A stretch of 64,000 nucleotides of DNA, taken from contig NIVC01001580.1 of assembly GCA_002269645.1 (NCBI GenBank), positions 114,003-178,002 of the forward strand, in the 5' to 3' direction. A program made the translations under genes and the position numbers. This document shows positions 36,602 through 48,069 of the stretch, piece by piece (the stretch's first letter is position 1; each line of letters begins with the position of its first letter). The notes beneath the pieces are model-generated. The model worked only from the letters and a program-made list of their open reading frames with translations, did no database searches and was not told the origin of the DNA. This stretch comes from Macrostomum lignano. Lineage: Eukaryota.

Positions 36602-38175
36602 GCATCAGAAATTAAGCAACTCAGTGAAGCAATCTGTTAATTAAAATACAGTTTTTATCGGATTTATGCTATTTTACCGGTATATTTTTAAACACTAATA
36701 TCCAACCAGGGAAGCTTCCATAGAGGCTTCCCTGATCAAACCTTCCCAGATTATTAACCATAAAATATAGATTTTTGAAATTTTTCTGGCTGTAAGAGAT
36801 TTACTGACTAAGAACAGTCGAGCGTAAAATAACGGAAAACAATAGTTTTTGTGATTTTCAACTCAATAAGCTCATATTTTCAACAATTTTTATTCAAATT
36901 AACAACAAGCATAATCGAAAAGATTAACCATCTTAAATATAGAATCATGTGTAGCTCAAATACACTCATGATCTCAGTTTATTTAATTTTTTACAGCAAA
37001 ATTTGATTTGGTGTAAAAAGTTGAAACAAAACAGACCACAGAACAGAACAGAACAGAACAGAACAGAACAAATGAGAGGAGAGCAGAACTAAACTCAAAT
37101 ACCAACTCAAATACAGTAGTCTAGTTTAGTCTATAGACTGTATTTGAGTTGAAATTCCGACTAGAAAACCCCTGCGGGAAAACCTCGCTGTGGGACAACC
37201 TCGGCGGAGAAATCTCGGCGGGATAACTTCCTGTGGGAAATTCTCATGCTCCCGATCAGTTCCCGTTGAAAACGATGGTTGCTCGTAATACTGGGGGGGG
37301 GGGTTAATTAACCAATAGCTTGAAGGTTGATTAACGTGGTTTCAGGTAAATAAACGCTATTTGACGTTAGTTTACTTCACGGAGGGTAAGTTTACGTAAA
37401 TTTACGAGTTTGTCAACCAAAGTCAGTGCCTACTTTTACGCTAGAGTTGCAGTCTCGTGGAAAATGACTGTCGCATATATAGATACAGCCTGCGACTCTG
37501 CTTGGAAAGGCAGAAGTTTAGGATGAGCGGGAGAAGCGAGATAACTGTATGCAGTGGGGAGCGCTTCTATTCTATGCTTTTCAATAATTACAGGCATTTT
37601 ACCTGTCTCATTAAAAAAGCAGAAAAACTACCCAAAATCTGTGCCAGTCTGTGAGATTCTGTGGGGTTCATCATCGTGAGCACCCGCCAAAAGTGGACAC
37701 TTTCCATGTAGAGAAGGGCCTATAGGGATAAGTGGAGTGCAGGATGGACAGATGAGATTCCCAGTCTCAGTTTTCAATAGGCTGTTTAATAATTCTCTAC
37801 CCGTAGAATTCTCTTTTTTCTTTTGCAAAATCTTTAGGAGAAGTAATTTGATGCGGTCTGTACCAGCGGTGCTTTGGAAGGAACTTGAAATGCAATTTGG
37901 GTGGGGGGGGGGGGGTATTGTGGGGCGCCAGCACAGGGTCGCCAGCGGTAGGGCTCGATCTGGCTCGATCTGTGGGTCTCGCTTTCCTGTCCCGCTCTGA
38001 GAACCTTTCTGTGCGTTCTCCTTCTGTGCCAGATTCGTTATGCAGCTATCTTGATTTTCACCCTGTTTATTGCTGCAACCCTTGTTGCTTGGCTGCTGAT
38101 TGCAGATCTCGAGACTGGTGCACTCGACACAGACATTCGTCCCCAACATGACAGAGGCCTCTCCTTGCTTCAGCG

Positions 38176-38580
38176 TTCAGGCAATGCACTGAAAGCAGAA
38201 ACGAAGAAAACATAGAAAGCCAAAGTGTTTACGCGATGGATAACGCTGACAGAATCCGAGGTCTGAGAGAAAAGCCGAATGAGACTTACACATGCATGCG
38301 CTGGAAGATAGCCATCTCGAAATGAAATGCTGCGGCCTGCGGTCACGCGCAGATCTTCACATTTTTACTGTAAGAAGAAATGGAACCGTGCCTTGTGGCG
38401 TTACTTCAACTAATGTAGCACGAGTCGCCAGTCTAGCTATATGGGGTTCGGATGCACCTAGCTGAAGGCCGAAGGGTATATCAGCTGGTGGTATGGCTCT
38501 GCCCGGCTGTCTCTTCGTGAAGTGCGGCTGATGCTGCAGATTTGAGCATCAAAACTTGAGCAACTCAGTGGCCCACTCTG
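38176..38580 (+). pseudogene. FReD copy remnant: upstream region fused directly to the last ~25 codons and 3' UTR
   Basis: 38176-38466 matches the upstream regions of copies 1 and 2 (ATGCACTGAAAGCAGAAAC...GGTTCGGATGCACC.AGCTGA). It then jumps to ...SLREVRLMLQI* (TGA 38543-38545) and GCATCAAAAC.GAGCAAC. Confidence 0.82.
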
Positions 38581-38913
38581 TTGAATCAGATACAGATTTT
38601 CGAACTTATGCTAAACATGTTTAGGAGACTAACAAGCCTGCTGCTGCTAATTATTAATAACAAAAAATATTGATTTTTACGTCTCCCTGATTGCAAGAGT
38701 CTTACTGACTGAAAACAATCTAGCGCATAAAAAGTGAAAAAATATTTATACTCTATAAACTCATTTTAATAGACACAAACTATTTGTAACAAAAAGCTAA
38801 TTATAAAAGGCTGAACACCCCAACTCAGAAATCTGTGCAACTCAAACAGACAGATATTGTTTACAAATTTCTCTGTCATTCATTTTCGCACGGGAATTTC
38901 CAGTAATGATTTT

Positions 38914-39199
38914 TATCAGTATTGTGCTGTCTGTTCTATCAGTATTGTGCTGTGTGTTCTATCAGTATTGTGCTGTCTGTTCTATCAGTATTGTGCTGTC
39001 TGTTCTATCAGTATTGTGCCGTCTGTTCTATCAGTATTGTGCTGTCTGTTCTATCAGTATTGTGCTGTCTGTTCTATCAGTATTGTGCTGTCTGTTCTAT
39101 CAGTATTGTGCTGTCTGTTCTATCAGTATTGTGCTGTCTGTTCTATCAGTATTGTGCTGTCTGTTCTATCAGTATTGTGCTGTCTGTTCTATCAGTATT
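38914..39199. repeat. 23-bp satellite (TATCAGTATTGTGCTGTCTGTTC), ~12 units
   Basis: Seen directly; same unit as 46658-47272. Confidence 0.97.
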
Positions 39200-39544
39200 T
39201 TAACAGTATGAATAGCAAGCCATTTTATCAAACATGAATCAAAGTCGCCAGTCTTTAGAGACACAGTGGAGCTGAATTGATGCAGTTCGCTGTATAATGA
39301 GGCGATTGAAAATATTTTGATACGAGTTGCGCTATATTCACATCCATATTTCCCCTCTGGCATTTCCTTTCCCGCACTGTCACTCAATCATTCCCTCCTG
39401 AAAATAGTAAACTTTCACTCTGGCCTTCACCTCTGACATTTCCCCTCCGCCTCTGCCCTTTCATATTTTCATCCATTCCGACACTTTCTCTCTGGAACTT
39501 CTCTTCCGATCCGGCATATTACCTCCGGGACTTCACGTTCAGCA

Positions 39545-41600
39545 CTGCCCCTCTGGCGTTTCTTCTCGGCGTTTCCAATCCAGCACTTCCCCTCTGGCGT
39601 TTCTTCTTCGGCGTTTCCAATCCAGCACTTTCCCTCTGGCGTTTCTTCTTCGGCGTTTCCAATCCAGCACTTCCCCTCTGGCGTTTCTTCTTCGGCGTTT
39701 CCAATCCAGCACTTCTCCTCTGGCGTTTCTTCTTCGGCGTTTCCAATCCAGCACTTCCCCTCTGGCGTTTCCTCTTCGGCGTTTCCAATCCAGCACTTCT
39801 CCTCTGGCGTTTCTTCTTCGGCGTTTCCAATCCAGCACTTCCCCTCTGGCGTTTCTTCTTGGGCGTTTCCAATCCAGCACTTCCCCTCTGGCGTTTCCTC
39901 TTCGGCGTTTCCAATCCAGCACTTCCCCTCTGGCGTTTCTTCTTCGGCGTTTCCAATCCAGCACTTCCCCTCTGGCGTTTCTTCTTCGGCGTTTCCAATC
40001 CAGACTTCCCCTCTGGCGTTTCTTCTTCGGCGTTTCCAATCCAGACTTCCCCTCTGGCGTTTCTTCTTCGGCGTTTCCAATCCAGCACTTCCCCTCTGGC
40101 GTTTCTTCTTCGGCGTTTCCAATCCAGCACTTCCCCTCTGGCGTTTCTTCTTCGGCGTTTCCAATCCAGCACTTCCCCTCTGGCGTTTCCTCTTCGGCGT
40201 TTCCAATCCAGCACTTCTCCTCTGGCGTTTCTTCTTCGGCGTTTCCAATCCAGCACTTCCCCTCTGGCGTTTCTTCTTCGGCGTTTCCAATCCAGCACTT
40301 CCCCTCTGGCGTTTCCTCTTCGGCGTTTCCAATCCAGCACTTCCCCTCTGGCGTTTCTTCTTCGGCGTTTCCAATCCAGCACTTCCCCTCTGGCGTTTCT
40401 TCTTCGGCGTTTCCAATCCAGACTTCCCCTCTGGCGTTTCTTCTTCGGCGTTTCCAATCCAGACTTCCCCTCTGGCGTTTCTTCTTCGGCGTTTCCAATC
40501 CAGCACTTCCCCTCTGGCGTTTCTTCTTGGGCGTTTCCAATCCAGCACTTCCCCTCTGGCGTTTCTTCTTCGGCGTTTCCAATCCAGCACTTCCCCTCTG
40601 GCGTTTCTTCTTCGGCGTTTCCAATCCAGCACTTCCCCTCTGGCGTTTCTTCTTCGGCGTTTCCAATCCAGCACTTCTCCTCTGGCGTTTCTTCTTCGGC
40701 GTTTCCAATCCAGCACTTCCCCTCTGGCGTTTCTTCTTCGGCGTTTCCAATCCAGCACTTCCCCTCTGGCGTTTCTTCTTGGGCGTTTCCAATCCAGACT
40801 TCCCCTCTGGCGTTTCTTCTTCGGCGTTTCCAATCCAGACTTCCCCTCTGGCGTTTCTTCTTCGGCGTTTCCAATCCAGACTTCCCCTCTGGCGTTTCTT
40901 CTTCGGCGTTTCCAATCCAGCACTTCCCCTCTGGCGTTTCTTCTTCGGCGTTTCCAATCCAGCACTTCCCCTCTGGCGTTTCTTCTTCGGCGTTTCCAAT
41001 CCAGACTTCCCCTCTGGCGTTTCTTCTTCGGCGTTTCCAATCCAGCACTTCCCCTCTGGCGTTTCTTCTTCGGCGTTTCCAATCCAGACTTCCCCTCTGG
41101 CGTTTCTTCTTCGGCGTTTCCAATCCAGCACTTCCCCTCTGGCGTTTCTTCTTGGGCGTTTCCAATCCAGCACTTCCCCTCTGGCGTTTCTTCTTCGGCG
41201 TTTCCAATCCAGCACTTCCCCTCTGGCGTTTCTTCTTCGGCGTTTCCAATCCAGCACTTCCCCTCTGGCGTTTCTTCTTCGGCGTTTCCAATCCAGCACT
41301 TCCCCTCTGGCGTTTCTTCTTCGGCGTTTCCAATCCAGCACTTCCCCTCTGGCGTGTCTTCTTCGGCGTTTCCAATCCAGCACTTCCCCTCTGGCGTTTC
41401 TTCTTCGGCGTTTCCAATCCAGACTTCCCCTCTGGCGTTTCTTCTTCGGCGTTTCCAATCCAGCACTTCCCCTCTGGCGTTTCTTCTTCGGCGTTTCCAA
41501 TCCAGCACTTCCCCTCTGGCGTTTCTTCTTCGGCGTTTCCAATCCAGCACTTCCCCTCTGGCGTTTCTTCTTCGGCGTTTCCAATCCAGCACTTCCCCTT
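39545..41600. repeat. ~2-kb satellite of 42-bp units (TTCCCCTCTGGCGTTTCTTCTTCGGCGTTTCCAATCCAGCAC) with 40-bp variants
   Basis: About 49 units seen directly. The 2-bp-deleted variants cause the frame-switching in the repeat ORFs. Confidence 0.98.
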
Positions 41601-42412
41601 TGGCCAGAAGGAATGATGCCAGATTCCCTCTGCTGCCAGAGGGAAATTGCTGGCAGGTAAATTCCGGAGGGGAAATGCCGGAGATCAACTGCCAAAGGGA
41701 AATTCCCGTAGTTCGTTTTAGTATTCCGTTTGATTGATTTTTGTGTGCCATGTACTCGTAAATTCTCGATTGACTGTCGAAATGAAAACAACTGGCTATT
41801 TAATTAACAGCATTCAAGATAGACCAGCGCGACTGACTGACTTTAATCTGTAAACGAATAAGAGTAGCGCTACAGTCGCCAAGTTGCAGTTGCTCGGATT
41901 CCCACTTCAAAGGTTTCCCGTCATTTATTTATACTCTACTGCTGTCTCATCATTTCTGAGGCTCTCCTCCTGATCTGTGAGTTTGCTCGCAGGCGTTTGG
42001 TGCACTCGACAAAGACAGATTCAGACAGACAGATTACAGACGCCTCTGTTGAATTTATATTTAAGAAATGTATTTCGTTCAGATGATGCGCTAAAAGCAA
42101 AAACGAAGAAGACTAAGAAAACCTGAGTTAATAAATTAATTTGTTTACGCGATGCGCTGGTTGACAGCCATTTCTAAATGGAATGCTACGGCCTGCGGTC
42201 ACGCGCAGCTCTTCAAATTTTTCAGTTCGCAGAAACAAAGCCGTGCCTTGTGGTGGCCAGGGACTTCAGCTGGTGCAGCACGAATGCACAGGCACTAAAC
42301 AGCTCGACAGTTTGACTGGGGCGTTCGGATGCACCCAGCTGAGAGGTTCGACTGATTTACGCTATTGCGACTTTCACTATTGGATGGCATGCCCCCAACC
42401 CTGTGTGAGCTC

Positions 42413-42419
42413 TATATAA
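42413..42419 (+). promoter_or_regulatory. TATA box of FReD copy 2
   Basis: TATATAA about 100 bp upstream of the ATG at 42516; context conserved with copy 1. Confidence 0.6.
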
Positions 42420-42515
42420 GCCGGTGCAGCGCACAGCCCGCATTTCGCATCTGATTGTGCAAATCAAAGCAATAAAGCTTAACTGCATTCAAGCCCTGCA
42501 CTTGCATCTCAAGCC

Positions 42516-45500
42516 ATGCAGCTCTTTCAGTTGCGAGTTTCTGCAGCGTTGGCTCTGCTGCTCTGCTCGCTGGCAGCCGGCCAGGTCTCCCAGTGCGCTC
42601 CCGCTGACTCTCCGCGGCTCCGCTTCGTGGCGCAGCTCAGTGTGAACGGCTGCGCGCTGTTCGTGCACGACACGGGAGCGAGCGACGGTCCGCACTTGGC
42701 AGTCGAGCCGCTCATGTGCGTGACGGACAGCCTGAGAGGCATTGTTCCCCGATTCGACTTCATCACCCAGCAGCTGTACTTCAGCGTTCCTGTATTGATG
42801 AGGGATGCTGGGATGCTCGCAGAGGCTCAGCGTCAACTACGGCATCTGTCACCGAGGTCTGTGAGCTTCGCCACGGTGACCAAAATCAGCGTCTCAGCCA
42901 ACAACCGCTCATCGGTTCGGGTTTTGAGCTTCCTGTGGACTCCGGATGAGCCAGTAGCCACTCTGAGACTCGGCTTCAAAAGGATTGTTTTCAAGAACAA
43001 TTCAAGTAAATTTTCACGTCCAAAGATTTTACAGGAAGGTTTACCCCTCCGGCATTTTCAATCAGTATATACCCAGCTGAAGCGCAGTGATGACTTTGGA
43101 AGCTCACCACAAGAGGCTCTTGAAAAAGTGAAGATATCAGCTTTTATCATTTCAAACGGATCTTGTCATGAGGTTCAGAGCCGCGTCCTGCTGCAAAACG
43201 ACAGCATGTTCGATCTGGACTTGCACCGGCAAAGATTCTTACCTCTGCCGACATGCCGACAGCTGAAATTCATCCGCACCGTCAAACTAGAGAACTGCTC
43301 TGCCCGAGTGCACCAGACACTCGACATCGAGGGCCACTTCCTCATCGAGCCTCTGCTGTGCCACAACGTCTCCAGCTTGAGCAGCGAGTCAGTCAGGTAT
43401 GACTACAGCCGAGACATGCACTACCTGAAGCTGGATCTGGTGCTGCAAGATGAAGCCACACGCGATGCTGTGAGGACTCAGTTGGCCGACTTGTCGCCTC
43501 GCTCGGTCGATTTCATGCGGCTGTGGACTGCTGAGAGATCGGTGAGCTCTTCGTTGAGTGCTCGGTTCGAGGTCGGTCCGCTGATGGCGTCGGCAGACTG
43601 GAGGTCCGCTCAGGTGCGGCTGCTCTGCAGAACCTTGACGGAGTGCCGCGATCTCAGGTTAGCTGACATTTTGTTTTGTTTAATAGATATTATTTACTGA
43701 GCAGGACTTAGCAGTCTTAGCGAGAGTACTAAAAATTCTTTCAGTACCAGCTTGGTTGCTATTTAGCTATCGGGTGCAATAGAATTATTTGATTTGATAG
43801 TAATTTATAAGAAACAAGCTGTTGAAACCCGCGGATATTAAACCTAGGGAATTCCATTTTGAAACCTGGGAAAACAGGACTATTTTTGCATGTATTCTAC
43901 GCTCGTACAATCTAAGGTCAAACTCAAACAAAAATCTGTTAATAGTTAGGATAGAGTTAATTTAAAATAGAGTACATTCATGTAAAATTATTATTTGAGG
44001 CAAACACAAGTTGCCTCAAAAGGCAAAGGCAAACGCAAACACACAGAGACAGAGTTTTCATTTTTATAGGTAGAAATCTCTATGTAGAACTGCACCGTTC
44101 AAGAAATGATTTGACGATTTCCAGGACTGCTCTGCTGGCGGAGCCCGCTGACCTGTGGCGACACGTGCAGTGGCGGGTGAAATCGCTGGTTGCTGAGCAG
44201 TGCCTCTCCAAGTCCAGCCAAATCGATTCGTCATGGAGAATGAAAGCGTCTGAAGATGCAGTCAGCTGCTCCAGTCTAAAGTCCTGCGCCAAGCTGCACA
44301 GCGCCACTGACCAACGCACATCGGTGTTTCAAATGCTTCCAGATGGTCGCTGGTTTGTGAAGATACAGCAGCGACTTACCGGCAGAGTGAGTTTCCAACG
44401 AAACTGGACTGAGTACGAGACTGGGTTCGGTGACGGCACTGACTTCTGGATCGGTGAGCGGCAGTTTTGTATGAACTAATACTCGTATTGTATGACGGGA
44501 GTGGTAGCTGATCATGTGAATCTTATGATGAAATGCTAGTTGACTCATGCACTTTCAACGGATGAAAGATTGATTAAAAGCTTAGCTGCTCGCCCTATTA
44601 ATAGGATATTAAGTCTAATTTGCGGCATGACGGCAATGCTCTACATTGACCTTTCCCGCCTGATTTGCGTTTCGGGTCCTCGGGCTGCTTCAGGTAAACC
44701 AGTAAGCTGCTGCCATTATTTTCCTCGAGCTCACCAAAAAGATGAGACCATCCGTTCTTCGGTTCTGAGTACGAGGAGAGTCCTGAATCGAAGTTTGGGT
44801 TTCCTTGGCTCAGGACTGTGTGCGCAGTCTTGACTGTGGACTGACTGTGGTTTTTATACCGCTAGGACCGTCGATGGCACAATAGTTTCCTTCAGATGAA
44901 GTAAGATGAAAGATAAAAGTTTTCTGGACTTACCAATGAAAATAATTTTGAAACTCCGTTCAGACAAAGAAAATTTCGAAAAATAGAAGTCCCAAAGCTA
45001 ATCTGAAGCGAAGAGCAGTGAAAAGCAGATCGGCCCTTCACAAGCTGTTCGAACAAGAAACTCGGGCTTGCTGCGTTGGCAACCACAGTGCATTTGTTGA
45101 AATGGAGGCGCACCAGCCAGAGCAGCACCAGCCAGAGCAGCACCAGCCAGAGCAGCACCAGCCAGAGCAGCACCAGCCAGAGCAGCACCAGCCAGAGCAG
45201 CACCAGCCAGAGCAGCACCAGCCAGAGCAGCACCAGCCAGAGCAGCGCCAGCCAGAGCAGCACCAGCCAGAGCAGCACCAGCCGACTCGGTTCTGGTGGT
45301 GCTGCTTGAAACTGACTGATTGTTACATTATTTGTTACTTATGATTTTTCATTTTTTCAGCTAAGGAGCTTTACTTACAGTTTAATTCATTTTATAGAAA
45401 TACAGTATCGTCAATTTTGTGACGATAAACACTGGTGTACTTCAGCTGCGAAGATCCGCTTCCCACTGGTCAATCATTCTCCTCAACCCCACAATAATCG

Positions 45501-46422
45501 CTGCAAATAAAAAGCTTTTGCGTTTATTTCTCTATAGTTTGCAGAAAGCCTGGTCCTGGAGCCATTTCTTTAACTAATAAAGATTTGCACCTTTAATGCC
45601 ATGTAAAAGATAAAAAAATTAAAGCCTCATAAAAACCGTATAATAGATACGAGTACATGACGTACTTTTGAGAAAGTGTGAAGTTAGCTTGTCTCCGACA
45701 AGTAATTTATCTGAGTCGCAGTCAAGAATGCAAACCGAAGTATTTAGATAACAATTCGTTTCAGTCCTGATCTGATACAATTTAAAAACCCAAATTGCTG
45801 TGTTAGAAGAGCAAAAAAGCTGCTCATCTGGGATATCAGAAGGCTTAAAATGGAGCATTTAGCTTTTGCAATAAACAAGTTTAGCTCCACTGTCTGCTAT
45901 GAAACGCACACTGGTAAAATTTTATCCTCAACATCCGAATGACGATTCACCTGGCAGCAGCGGCGACAAGCCGAGCAGAAGTGACTCAGACTCAGCCGCT
46001 CTCCTCCCGCAGGTGTCTCCGCCATCCACTCGCTCAGCCAGGGCGGCGCCACCCTCAGAGTGGAGATGAAGCTGTGGAGCGGCTCTGAGCTGCATGCGGA
46101 GTACGCGGGATTCCAGGTGGGAGACGCCAGCACTGGGTATCGGATGACGTACCGAGAGATGCTGAGCCACAGGTCCAGTGTCAGCTTTGACGCTTTGGCC
46201 CACCACAAAGGCATGCGGTTCTCCACGATGGACAAGGAGAATGGCTCTGGTTTATGCTCAAGCACTCCTGGAAAAGGAGGCTGGTGGTTTAAAAACTGCT
46301 ATAACGCCAACCCTAACGGACTTTTTCCTTCGCGAGGTAGACGAAATTACGGCTATATGATATGGCACTCTGGCTCTACTATTGTGTCTCTTCGTGAAGT
46401 GCGGCTGATGCTGCAGATTTGA
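42516..46422 (+). CDS. Secreted fibrinogen-related domain protein (626 aa) with a duplicated unknown N-terminal domain; exons 42516-43657, 44125-44453, 46013-46422
   Basis: ATG plus signal peptide (MQLFQLRVSAALALLLCSLAAG). GT-AG junctions are in phase 2 and phase 1, totalling 1881 nt with no stops. The C-terminal FReD reads KIQQR..GRVSFQRNWTEYETGFG..DFWIG|VSAIHSL..LRVEM..GMRFSTMDKEN..C..GGWWFKNCYNANPNG. Confidence 0.9.
45111..45283. repeat. 15-bp minisatellite (CACCAGCCAGAGCAG), ~11 units, in FReD intron 2
   Basis: Seen directly. Confidence 0.95.
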
Positions 46423-46657
46423 GCATCAAAACTGAGCAACGCAATAATGCACTCTGTTCATTGAAGTAGTTACTTATTCACATGCTTATGCCAATACGCT
46501 CGTATACAGATGCTGTTCGCAGTTAATTCAAAGTTTTTAGACTCGGATTTCCAATAAATTGAAGTACCAGCTGAAAACATTAACGTTTTGCTGCTACGAG
46601 CGCAAGAGGCTTTTCTGAAGTGTTTCATTACTGATACTGATTTAATCTACTAAGTAA

Positions 46658-47272
46658 CTGTTCTATCAGTTATTGAGCTGTCTGTTCTATCAGTATTGTA
46701 CTGTCTGTTCTATCAGTATTGTACTGTCTGTTCTATCAGCATTGTGCTGTCTGTTCTATCAGTATTGTGCTGTCTGTTCTATCAGCATTGTGCTGTCTGT
46801 TCTATCAGTATTGTGCTGTCTGTTCTATCAGTATTGTGCTGTCTGTTCTATCAGTATTGTGCTGTCGGTTCTTTTAGTATTGTGCTGTCTGTTCTATCAG
46901 TATTGTGCTGTCTGTTCTATCAGTATTGTGCTGTCTGTCTATCAGTATTGTGCTGTCTGTTCTATCAGTATTGTGCTGTCTGTTCTATCAGTATTGTACT
47001 GTCTGTTCTATCAGTATTGTACTGTCTGTTCTATCAGCATTGTGCTGTCTGTTCTATCAGTATTGTGCTGTCTGTTCTATCAGTATTGTGCTGTCTGTTC
47101 TATCAGTATTGTACTGTCTGTTCTATCAGCATTGTGCTGTCTGTTCTATCAGTATTGTGCTGTCGGTTCTTTTAGTATTGTGCTGTCTGTTCTATCAGTA
47201 TTGTGCTGTCTGTTCTATCAGTATTGTGCTGTCTGTTCTATCAGTATTGTGCTGTCTATTGTCAGTATTGTG
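46658..47272. repeat. 23-bp satellite (TATCAGTATTGTGCTGTCTGTTC), ~26 units
   Basis: Seen directly. Confidence 0.97.
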
Positions 47273-48069
47273 TACGGCGTGGACTAACGTGGGGTTGTTT
47301 GGCTCCACCCGTGGGGGTGGGTTTGCGGCGTTGGTGTGGGTGGTTGGTTGTGTTCTGTGCCTTTTTAGGCCTCGTTTTGAGTTGAAATCGCTTGTTCTCG
47401 CTGCGTTGAATTTTTTTACCCCTGCGTAGCAATGGCTGACTCAAACCACAGAGTGCATATGCCCGAGACTGTGAAAGGCCTGAAGGCCGCGCTTATACAG
47501 GCAGATCTCTCTACAAACGGCCGAAATGCAGTACTCAGGGAACGCTTGGCTGCTCACCACGAAGCAACGCAACTGGATCTCAACGCCCCGACTGACCCAC
47601 GTCGAGAAGAACTAGACACGGACAATAGTTCCAGAAATAGCAAAAGGCAGAGGACGTGGAGATGCCCCACGAGGAGCTCGCAGAGAAGAGGGTGCGCCTT
47701 CTGACTCTGCGCAAGCAAGAAGCCGCTCTAGAAGCTGACGCTCGATCTACGGAGACGCAATGATCCGCCCGGTGAGATGTCGTGCCTTTTTGAGAGGGTT
47801 TTGAATGAAGGCCCCAACCTTGAGTCAGAAGGGACAGTTGTCGGAGGGGCGTACAGGCCGGTGGAACACCTAAGTAGCCGTGAGCAGAAGGATGCCGGGT
47901 TGGCCACCACAGTCGATAAATCGGGCCGATTGAGTATGAAGTCAAAGTCAGCGGCTGTTGAGTCGATGTCATTCGGTGACTGGATTATTGGAAACGAAAA
48001 GGTGCTGATTCACATGTTGCATGACGGCAAGCTGGTGCGTCTTTCCGAGACGGGAACCGTGGATGTGTC

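Noticed and set aside
38857-39237. Cys-rich repeat ORFs here and at 46673-47429
   Set aside because: They are translations of the 23-bp satellite.
38890-41709. 12-bp inverted repeat ACGGGAATTTCC/GGAAATTCCCGT enclosing two satellites as a single transposon
   Set aside because: There is no TSD, and 12 bp alone is weak. These may be ends of unrelated MITE fragments.
39469-41791. ORFs of 377-760 aa, including an NLS-like ETPKKKRQR repeat
   Set aside because: They are translations of the 42/40-bp satellite. Its composition avoids stops in several frames, the 40-bp variants shuffle frames, and there is no unique coding flank or splice context.
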